Shown piece after piece: positions 1 to 9,600 of a DNA stretch of 64,000 nucleotides (position 1 is the first letter of the stretch; every line of letters starts with the position of its first letter). The notes below the pieces were generated by a model that was not told the DNA's origin, did not search any database, and saw only the letters and a program-made list of their open reading frames with translations. The DNA comes from Bacilli bacterium. GTDB lineage: Bacteria > Bacillota_I > Bacilli_A > RF39 > UBA660. Both the position numbers and the translations under genes were made by a program. Where the stretch lies: assembly GCA_017511805.1 (NCBI GenBank), contig JAFWJA010000021.1:149360-213359 (forward strand). The letters are read 5' to 3'.

Positions 1-2
1 TA

Positions 3-1049
3 AGAGATCATTCTACTATAGGTATAGTAGTAACAACAGATGGATCTATTGGAGATATACCTAGATCTGGTTATATAGAAGCAGAAAAGAATGTAGTTAG
101 TGAATTAAAAGAAATAGGTAAACCATTTATAGTGATACTTAATACTACTCATCCAACAGAAAGAGAGACTATTACTCTAAGTGAAAAGATGAGAAATGAA
201 TATGATGTACCAGTTATACCTATATCAATAGAGAATATGAATGAAAAAGATATAATTGGTATATTAAAAGAAGCTTTATATGAATTCCCAGTTCTAAATG
301 TTAAAGTAAGAATTCCAGACTGGATTGGATCATTAAAGAGTACCCATCCAATAAAAAGTATTTATATAAATCAAATTAAAGAAAGTGTTATAGAAGTAGA
401 TAAACTTAGAGATGTAGAAACTATTAATAATCATTTTACAGAGTGTGATCAAATAGAAAAGGCATATGTATCTAATGTAGATTCATCTACTGGTGAAGTT
501 ACTATTACTCTAAGCGCACCAAATAATTTATATGATGAGGTACTAAAAGAAGTAATAGGTACAAGTATAAATAGTAGAGCTAAACTACTAACTATATTCC
601 AAGATTATAATGATACTAAAGAAGAGTTTGAAGAATATAAAAATGCATTAAAGATGGTTAAGAGTACTGGTTATGGAATAGCAATTCCCACAATAAAAGA
701 TATGAAATTAGATAAACCAGAGATTATTAAACAAAATGGTAGATATGGTGTCAAACTTAAAGCTGTCGCATCATCAATACACATGATTAAAGTAGATGTA
801 GAAAGTACATTTGAACCTATAATAGGATCTGAGATACAATGTAAAGAATTAATTGATTATTTAAGTAAAGATAATAATGAAGATATATGGAAAAGTGAGA
901 TATTTGGAAGAAGTTTAGATAGTATTGTACAAGAAGGAATACAAGCTAAATTATCATTAATGCCAGATAATTTGCGATTTAAATTACAAAATACTTTATC
1001 AAAAGTAGTAAACAAAGGGTCAAATAACATAATTGCTATTGTTTTATAA
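3..1049 (+). CDS. spoIVA: Stage IV sporulation protein A (5'-truncated by window edge)
   Basis: Frame is open from base 3: RDHSTIGIVVTTDGSIGDIPR...GKPFIVILN, then ALYEFPV, TGYGIA, YGVKLKAVASSIHMIKVDVE, IWKSEIFGRSL, all SpoIVA hallmark segments. Confidence 0.95.
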   Translation, partial: RDHSTIGIVVTTDGSIGDIPRSGYIEAEKNVVSELKEIGKPFIVILNTTHPTERETITLSEKMRNEYDVPVIPISIENMNEKDIIGILKEALYEFPVLNVKVRIPDWIGSLKSTHPIKSIYINQIKESVIEVDKLRDVETINNHFTECDQIEKAYVSNVDSSTGEVTITLSAPNNLYDEVLKEVIGTSINSRAKLLTIFQDYNDTKEEFEEYKNALKMVKSTGYGIAIPTIKDMKLDKPEIIKQNGRYGVKLKAVASSIHMIKVDVESTFEPIIGSEIQCKELIDYLSKDNNEDIWKSEIFGRSLDSIVQEGIQAKLSLMPDNLRFKLQNTLSKVVNKGSNNIIAIVL

Positions 1050-1101
1050 CTTTAAATTACTATAAATGTGTTATAATAACGATATAGTGTGGAGGTGTTC
1101 T

Positions 1102-1404
1102 ATGATTTATACTGGTGGAAAAACATTTAATATGATAGATGAACACGGAAAAGAATATGAAGCAAAAGTTATAAAAAGAATGAAAGTAAAAGATACCGAT
1201 TTAGAATACTTAATCTATTCATTACCTGATGAAACTGATACTAGAGATGTACCAGAAGAAGAAAAAAAGGTCTTAATTCTTGCAGCTAGAATAGAAAAGA
1301 ACGATAATGGAGAAGAAGAATTAGTTGATTTAGATAATGAAAATGAAAGAATTGCGGTATTTGAAGCTTTTAATGAATTTTATAAAAGAACACTATCAGA
1401 ATAA
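1102..1404 (+). CDS. DUF1292-like small acidic protein
   Basis: GGAGG RBS before ATG 1102; 'MIDEHGKE...EYLIYS...LVDLDNENERIAVFEAFN' fits the DUF1292 pattern. Confidence 0.6.
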   Translation: MIYTGGKTFNMIDEHGKEYEAKVIKRMKVKDTDLEYLIYSLPDETDTRDVPEEEKKVLILAARIEKNDNGEEELVDLDNENERIAVFEAFNEFYKRTLSE

Positions 1405-1418
1405 TAGTAATAAGGGAA

Positions 1419-3083
1419 GTGACTATTAAAATGGATGAAAAAACTTTTTTTGAAAAATTAGATAGATTTGAAGAAATATATAATATAGAGTTAGAAAAAG
1501 TACAAAAAGAAATCGAAAAAAAACGTGAGGAATATAAAGCAGAAACAAAATCACTTGAGAAGTTAAGAATAGCTCGTGAAATAACAGTAAAAGAAAAAGA
1601 ACTTGCTTCACTTGAAAAAGAACTTAAAGAACTAATAGAGGTTTTAACTAAAAACTTAACACGTGATTATGCTTTAAAAATTGTTAAAAGAGAGATAACA
1701 GCAACAAACGATATATTAACTGACTTAAAAAAAGAATTAAATGATGCAAAAGTACAATTAGAAAAGGATATAGAAGTATTTAAAAATGAAACAGATCCTG
1801 ATAAACAAAAACTTATAAGTCAAAAGGTAATTAAGTCAAAAAAGAAAAAACAAGATAAAGAAGCCGAAGTACGTGAATGCGAAGATTTTATTAATAATCT
1901 TGAATCAATTAAAACTGGAAAAGACGCATATAACTTTTTAAAAACTGCAATAGGTAGTTCTTTTATATCAGCTGAAGAACCAGAAATAGAAGAAGAAAAA
2001 TCATTAGAAGAAGAATATAATGAATATCAAGGTTTATTGGTTGAAATAGATGAAATAAGTGATAAGATAGATGAATTAACTCAAAAGAGAGACGCTATTA
2101 AATCTAAAGCAAAAGCAGAGAATAAATTATCAACACAAAACTATTTGGAACTTAAGCGACTTAAGGTAGAATTAAAACGACTAACAGATGAAAAAGATAT
2201 CAACGATACCAAAGCTAGAATAGATGAATTAGAAAGACCAATGTTACAAGTTGAAATATTAAATGATGCAATTGAGAAAGCAACAAAGGAAAAAGTTGAA
2301 CTTTTAGAAAAGAAGGTAGCTAAAGAAGAAAAATTAAACGGTATGATTAATTTTAGCAATGCGCCATTAATTACTGAAAGAATGTTAATGGATAATCATG
2401 CTTATTTAAAAGATTTAGTTACACAATTAGACGCTGTTAATGCTGTAATTGATAATAAGAACAAAGAATTAGAAACAGCTCCTGCTGCAGATAAAGCAAA
2501 AATTGCAAGGGAGATTACAGAAGCAAAATCTAAAAAAGCAGCAATTTTACGTGCGTACAAACAAGTTGATACTAAGATTACTGAACTTGAATCATTAAAA
2601 ACAGGAACAGAAGCATTATCGTATTTAGCTGATCAAGAAGATATTCCTTTTGTTAAAAAAAGAACAGTTGATAAAGTTAAAACTGGTTTTAAAGCAATTG
2701 TAGAAGAAGCTGGTAGACAAATAAAAGATACTAGACAAAATACTGAACAAGATTTAGAAGAAGAAGAAAAGACTGTTGAAAAAAAGCCATTACTAAAAAC
2801 AGCTAGAAATTTAGTAGCTAAAGGAATTAATACAGGACTTACAAAATTAGCGGAAAAAGTAGGCGATAAATATACTGATCCTGAAATGGTAGAACAAAGT
2901 AAACGTTTCCAAGAACAATGTATTGCTAGACAAGAAGAAAAAGAAAGAATTAAAGAAGAAAAAGCAAAGGAAAAAAAGAAGGATGCAGTGTTAGAAGACA
3001 TAGAAAAACAAAGAAGAAAAATGGAAGAAGAGAAGAGAAAAATAGCATTATCTAGTACTGGAAGTCCTAAATCTAAGAAATAA
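1419..3083 (+). CDS. Large coiled-coil hypothetical protein with internal repeat
   Basis: 554-aa E/K-rich ORF; repeated segment ending LES(I/L)KTG..A..(F/Y)L; start may be ATG 1431. Confidence 0.8.
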   Translation: MTIKMDEKTFFEKLDRFEEIYNIELEKVQKEIEKKREEYKAETKSLEKLRIAREITVKEKELASLEKELKELIEVLTKNLTRDYALKIVKREITATNDILTDLKKELNDAKVQLEKDIEVFKNETDPDKQKLISQKVIKSKKKKQDKEAEVRECEDFINNLESIKTGKDAYNFLKTAIGSSFISAEEPEIEEEKSLEEEYNEYQGLLVEIDEISDKIDELTQKRDAIKSKAKAENKLSTQNYLELKRLKVELKRLTDEKDINDTKARIDELERPMLQVEILNDAIEKATKEKVELLEKKVAKEEKLNGMINFSNAPLITERMLMDNHAYLKDLVTQLDAVNAVIDNKNKELETAPAADKAKIAREITEAKSKKAAILRAYKQVDTKITELESLKTGTEALSYLADQEDIPFVKKRTVDKVKTGFKAIVEEAGRQIKDTRQNTEQDLEEEEKTVEKKPLLKTARNLVAKGINTGLTKLAEKVGDKYTDPEMVEQSKRFQEQCIARQEEKERIKEEKAKEKKKDAVLEDIEKQRRKMEEEKRKIALSSTGSPKSKK

Positions 3084-3090
3084 TTATGTA

Positions 3091-3116
3091 AAAAAACCAC
3101 AAAATGGTGGTTTTTT
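3091..3116 (+). terminator. Intrinsic terminator
   Basis: aaaaaaccac-aaaatg-gtggtttttt hairpin after stop. Confidence 0.75.
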
Positions 3117-3138
3117 CTTTATTTTTTAACAAAAAGTA

Positions 3139-3167
3139 TTGATTTTATTAGTAAAAAATGGTATCTT
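3139..3167 (+). promoter_or_regulatory. sigmaA-type promoter of hup
   Basis: TTGATT-N17-TATCTT with TG extension. Confidence 0.55.
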
Positions 3168-3220
3168 ATATTTGTAAGCATAGAGGTGCTTATTAGGAAA
3201 GTCAAACGGAGGTAATTAAA

Positions 3221-3496
3221 ATGACAAAACAAGAATTTATCGATGCAATTGCAGCTAAATCAGGATTAACAAAGGCTGATTCATCAAGAGCTTTAGAAGC
3301 TTTCATCAGTACTGTTACTGAGACTTTAAAGAAAGGTGACAAAGTTACTTTAACTGGATTTGGTGTATTCAGCGTATCTAGTAGAGCAGCTAGAAGCGGA
3401 AGAAATCCAAGAACTGGAGAAGTAGTTAAAATTGCTGCTAGTAAATCTGTTAAATTTAAAACAGGTTCTAAATTAAAAGAAGCAGTTAATAAGTAA
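3221..3496 (+). CDS. hup: HU family DNA-binding protein
   Basis: MTKQEFIDAIAAKSGL...GFGVF...RAARSGRNPRTGE; GGAGG RBS. Confidence 0.97.
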   Translation: MTKQEFIDAIAAKSGLTKADSSRALEAFISTVTETLKKGDKVTLTGFGVFSVSSRAARSGRNPRTGEVVKIAASKSVKFKTGSKLKEAVNK

Positions 3497-3497
3497 T

Positions 3498-3525
3498 AAA
3501 AAAAGCCATTAAAAAATGGCTTTTT
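3498..3525 (+). terminator. Intrinsic terminator of hup
   Basis: aaaaagccatt-aaaa-aatggcttttt. Confidence 0.8.
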
Positions 3526-3669
3526 CTTTTGCTTTTTTTTCATAATACTAGTATAATATTATATATAATAGGATAACTATAACCATATATTATTATTACT
3601 ATAACTAATTGGTATTTTACTATTATTTTATATGATTTTATTATAATCTTTATGAAAAAGGGGTGTCTT

Positions 3670-6600
3670 ATGAATAAGATTTTCTCAATTGATAATTATT
3701 CAGTTATTGAAGATGATGATAATTATTATTATTTTAGGTGTTTAGAAGATATTGATATAGAAGCAATTGAAAAAGGTAAAGTCAGTATTTCAGGTAAGTC
3801 ATTTGATAAATTAGTAACATATAGAGAAAAATATAATGAAACACATTTATCTCCTTCTCGTTTTACTGAAACTAGTACTATTTCTTTAGATGAAATGTGG
3901 AGTCATATTAAGAAAAATTTCTTTCAAGGTACAAATTGCGTTTCATTTTCTACAAATTGTAATGTTTCTATAGATTATGATTCTGGTAACTCAAAATATT
4001 TGATGATTAAAGTACCTAAAACAGGTGTGGATAATATTTATTTAGCTGGTCAATATATGGTATCTGAATTAGATAAATATATTGAAAATGTAATTACTAC
4101 TTTATCACCACTAGATGAATGTATCCCTTTAATATCAAGAATAAGAGAGATTAATAGTAATTCTGAATTAAGAAAATATATAAGTGAGATAATTAAAAAC
4201 TATAATTATTCTGATTCTGATAATATTTTAAAGAGATTTGATGATAAACAATTCTTTAATGAAGAACAACAACTTGAATATAATAAGATAATTGCAAAAT
4301 TATCTGTTTTAGAATTGTTTGAAAAGATAGATAATATTCTTCCTAGAACAAATATGAATTCTAGTTTATTATCTACAATTTCTATGGCATATTCTTCAGG
4401 AGAAGTAATTGTATATAATGGAATTATACCTAGTGACAATATGGTTGTATCTAAAACTATTATTGATTTATTTTCTTTACTTCAACAAGCTGAAGATAAA
4501 GATAGAAATAATGAAAAAATAAAAGAACTTAAAAGATTAGTATTAAAATACGCTTTAGAAGGTTATGACTTAATTAGTGAAAATGGAGTACTTTATTTTG
4601 GTAATGATAAAGATAGGGTAAAAATAGGTATATCTGATTATAGTTTGTTATTACCAGAAAACGATGTAGATTTTAAAAAGCAAGTATCACTTAGAGAAGT
4701 ATATGATCTAACACATGGACAAATACCATATAACAAAGCAAAAACAGCATTAGATTTTACAGTTAATGCTGCTAAATCTAAGATAAAAACTTATGAGTTA
4801 TTTAATATATTAAGAATAATATCAAAGGAAATAGATGCTGATTCTATTATAGATAGAATGGAAAAGGAAACTTATGCCATTGATTCTAGAATTATTAATA
4901 GAAGAAATAACTCTGGAACAAGAATTTGTGAATCAGTAAATATTGACATGAATGAAACTAGAAGACAGGTATTTAATAGATCTGAACAAGATAAAATGCT
5001 ATCTTATATAAATAGATTATCAAGTGATAATTTACGTTTGCTTATAAGTAGTGATGGTTTAAGAATAGAGAAAAATTTATGTGAAACAATATTAGATAGT
5101 TCTTCAGTAGTTGGAATAAATGAATATTACGCTACTACAATAATTGATCAAATTGATTTTTATAAAATATTTAAAGAAGAAAGAGATTTAACTGAAGAAG
5201 AACGTAATATTTTAATATCTAGATTATCTAGTATTGATTGTTATAGACTATATACCTCTTTTGAAAAACTAGGAATATCAAGAGATATTATTAATAGTAT
5301 AATATTTAATTTATTAGTAGAAGATGGCTTTAAAGACTATAATTTATTAGAATTATCTAATGCACCAGATATAGATGAGATAGTTGCGAAGAATATAAGC
5401 AATTTTAATACTAAAATTACTCCTCTTAGAGTAGATAGAGCACTTGGTGTTGTTGATAACATAAATATGGTAGAAAATTCTTATATTAGTCTTAGAGATT
5501 ATCAACAAGATGCTTTAGATAGTATAGAGGCTATATTTAATGATAAAAGATTTGCGGGAGTAATTTTACCAACAGGAGCAGGAAAGTCTTTTGTTGCAAT
5601 GGCAGAAATGCTTAAATATCAAAAAAAGAATATTATTTATTATGCTCCTAATACAGGTATTTTAGCGCAAGTTAAGAAACATATTTTAAGAAATATAATT
5701 GGTTTAGAAGTAATAACAGATGAAGAGAAAAAAGAAAGAATAAAAAATGGAGAAATAATTAATAAGAATATAGTTACTTTAAGTGAAGCAGATGACATAA
5801 TAAAAACAGTATTTCCTCATTTAAAATTCTATTGTTATCAAGGATTATTACATAAGGATGAAGAATTTTTAAGATCACATGATGCTGATTTAATTATTTT
5901 TGATGAATTACATAGAACAGGTGCGGATGAATGGAATCATAGAGTTAAAGCACTTATTAATAATAATCCAAATGCTAAGATATTAGGTATAACTGCAACA
6001 CCAGTAAGAGATGATGCATCTCATAAAGATATGATGTTTGAGTTTGCTTTATTATCTGGTGATTATTCAGAAGAAGAATTGATTCGAAAACAATATTTAG
6101 CATCAGAATTATATTTAACAGATGCGATGCAAGAAGGAATAGTAGTTATTCCAAATCTTATTACTTTTGATTATACTTTAGATTCTACTGATGAATTTAA
6201 AGAATTGAAAGTAATGAAAGAAAAAGCAAAAACAGTAGAAGCTAGAGAAAAAATAGAATCAAATTACTTAGAGATGCTTGAAATAATAAAGAATTCTGAG
6301 AAAAAAGGAATGAGTACTCTAGTAAAAGAAGCTATTGAAAATAATGGTAAGAGAAAAAATGGTAAGTATATAATTTTCTTACCTATGAATAGTACAGATA
6401 AGACAACAATAGAATATATTAAAGAACAAATGGGACTTGTTAGAGAATACTTTTCATTAATAGATCCTGATCCAGAAATGAGTTTTCTATATAGTGATAG
6501 AGGAGATAATAAAGATAATGATAAAATAATTGAAGAATTTGAAAAAGAATCAGATCATTTAAAGTTAATATTTGCTCTAAATATGCTTAATGAAGGAGTT

Positions 6601-9600
6601 CATATTGAGGGATTAGATGGAATCATGATGTTAAGACCTATCGGTGTTAATTCTAAAATTCTATATTCTCAACAAATAGGTAGAGTAATACATGCTTTAT
6701 CACCAGAAATAGATGTTGAAAGTAACGATGCTCCTTTAATATTCGATGTTTATAATAACTACTTATCTCATAATATGGATAGAGAAGTTAATAAAACTAC
6801 TATAACTAGTGATTTACAAAAAATGAGATATATAGCAAGTTGGATTAAGAAGCATGGTAATTACTTCCCAGATATTAATAGTACTGAAGCAACTGAATAT
6901 AGAAAAGCTATTACTTTAAAGAGAATTAAAGCAAAATATAGTAGATATTTAGATGACCCTATTAATAGTAATATTACTAGATCTGAAGCATATGAAATAG
7001 AAGAAATATTAAAAATAGGAAAGACTTTAAACCTATGGGATAGAGAGATTGGCGATAGAATTATTGATGATGCTGAAACTACAGAAGCAAGAGTTAATAC
7101 TTTTAAAGTTACAGGTGAACAAAAGAGATTCTTAGATTTATATAGAGAGGCAAAACAAGTTAAATCCGCTCCAAAAATTAATGTTGGAACAATTAGACTT
7201 AAGAATGCTTTATCAACATTAGAATTATTATCTGAATATGGATTTGAAATTAATAATAGTACTATTAAAAAAGGAACTATTCTATCAGATGTTTTAGCTT
7301 TATTACCAAAAGATGTAGTTAAGCTAATTGAGGGAGAATTACAAGTTTCATTAGATTATGAATTATATGAAGAATATAATTATGCTAAAACAATGTTATA
7401 TGCTAGACATAAAATATTCGCAGAACAATCTATAAAAACATTAAGATTATGTGGATTATTCCAACCATTTGTTGATGCTAAAGAAAGAGAAAAGTCATCA
7501 ATAGATGAAAGAGGATTTATTCTTCATGGTCATTCAAATATAGTTGGTTATAATATTTTCACAGGAACTAAATATGATAATGCAGGTTATGATTCCTCAG
7601 GTGTAGATGAATCTTTATTTGCTGAATTTAGTATATATAATAAATATGGCTTTAATAGAAAAGGTAAACATATATATACTAGATCTTTCTATAATGAATG
7701 TGGTTTTGATGTAAGAGGTAACTATTTTGTTCGTGATGAAAATGGCTATTATATAAACATGGGTAAATATGATGAAAATGGTTTTGATATGGATCATATG
7801 TGGCATAAAAAGATAGTTGATTCTATAACAGGTGAAGTTAGTTATGATCCTAATGGAACAGAATATGATGAGAACGGTTTTAATTATTTAGGATTAAATG
7901 AATTCTTCTTCAATAGAGATGGATTTTATTGTGAAATAAAAACAACACAAAAAAGAAGTGGAATAGATTATTCTATAGAGATAAAAGAAGTAGAACCAAC
8001 ATCATTAACAATATCCCCTAGAGGATTTAATAAGGATGGTTTATATATAGATGGAAGTAAATATGATGAAAATGGTTTTGATGCCAAAGGTCTATATTTA
8101 GATAATACACCTTATAATGAATATGGTTTTAATTGTAATAAAAAATATAAAGACACTCTTAGAGAGTATGATAATAAAGATTTTGATTTTTATGGAATAC
8201 ATAGAATTACTAGAGAATTATATGATGAACATCATTTTGATAGAGATGGTTTCTTATATAAATTAGTAGATGGTAAATATGTAAAATCTGATGATAAGAT
8301 TGATGAATATGGTTTTGATTGTGATGGCTATTTTTGGAAAAGAGATTCAAAAGGATATCTAGTAAAAACTGATAAAGTAGTAAATGAAAGAGGATTTTAT
8401 ATAAGTCGTCTTCATAATAGAACATCAAGACCATTTGATGAAAATCATTTTGATATAGATGGTTATCTATGGATTATTGGAGATAATAATCATTATTGTA
8501 GATCAGATAGAAGAATAAATGATTATCATTTTGATTGTGATGGATATTATTACAAGAAAAATGAAAATGGTGATTTAGTTAAAACTGATCAAAAAATAGA
8601 TGAAAGAGGATTTGATATTAGAAGAATTAATGCATATACTAATGAATATTGGGATGAAAATGGATTAGATGTAGATGGATTATATAAAACTATATTAACT
8701 TCTAAATCATTTGGAATAGATGGATATTACTGGAAGAAACAAGCTAATGGTTTATATAAAAAGACTACTAGTTTATATAATGATACAGGTAAAGATAAAA
8801 ATAACAAAACTAAACCATTTGTACCTTTCCCTAACGCAGATTGGGATGAATACGGAAGAGATTCAAGAGGTTCATTCTATACAATACGTAATAATAATCA
8901 ATTTGATAAGGCAGGTTTTTATTGGGAATTTAAAGCAACTAAGGTATATAGTAAAACTGACAAAAGAACAAATCCAAGAGGTTTCTTATCTTCAGGTAAA
9001 CATTCTGTAACCTTGGAATTATGGGATGAAAAAGGATTTGATATTAATAATAGATTAGATACAATTAGAAGAGCAAAATATTTTGATAGTAATGGTTTTT
9101 ACTGGAAAAAACAGGCATATGGTTATGCAAAAACTGATAAAAAGTTAGATCCAAATGGTTTTGATGGGTCAGGACTTCATTACATAACAAGAGAATTATG
9201 GGATGAATCAGGGCGTGACATTAGACGTACATTTTCAACTATTTCTAATAATAAATGTTTTGATAGTAAAGGCTTCTATTGGGAAAGACAATCTGATGGT
9301 ACTTATAAAAGAACAGATAAAAAAGTAGATCCAAATGGTTTTAATAAAGATTGTATAAACGTTGAAACAAATGAATATTGGGATAAAGATGGAAGAGATA
9401 TCAAAGGTAGATTTGATATAATAAGACAATTTAATTTCGTAGGTAGAGATGGTCATTACTGGGATCAAAAAGGAGGACGTTATTATAAGACTAGCATAAC
9501 TTGGGAAGACCATATTACAACACCTATTAAAACTAAATGGGATTCTACTGGTAAAGACAAAAAAGGATCTTATAAAACAATAGAAAAGGCTAGATGTTTT

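Noticed and set aside
1426-3543. Minus-strand ORFs (1426-1611, 2141-2359, 2633-3100, 3202-3543)
   Set aside because: Antisense shadows of the coiled-coil gene and hup; F/L/S-rich and without an RBS.
3530-3660. AT-rich spacer with short ATAACTA repeats upstream of the giant gene as an operator or origin
   Set aside because: The repeats are too short to exceed chance at this AT content, and no DnaA boxes were seen.
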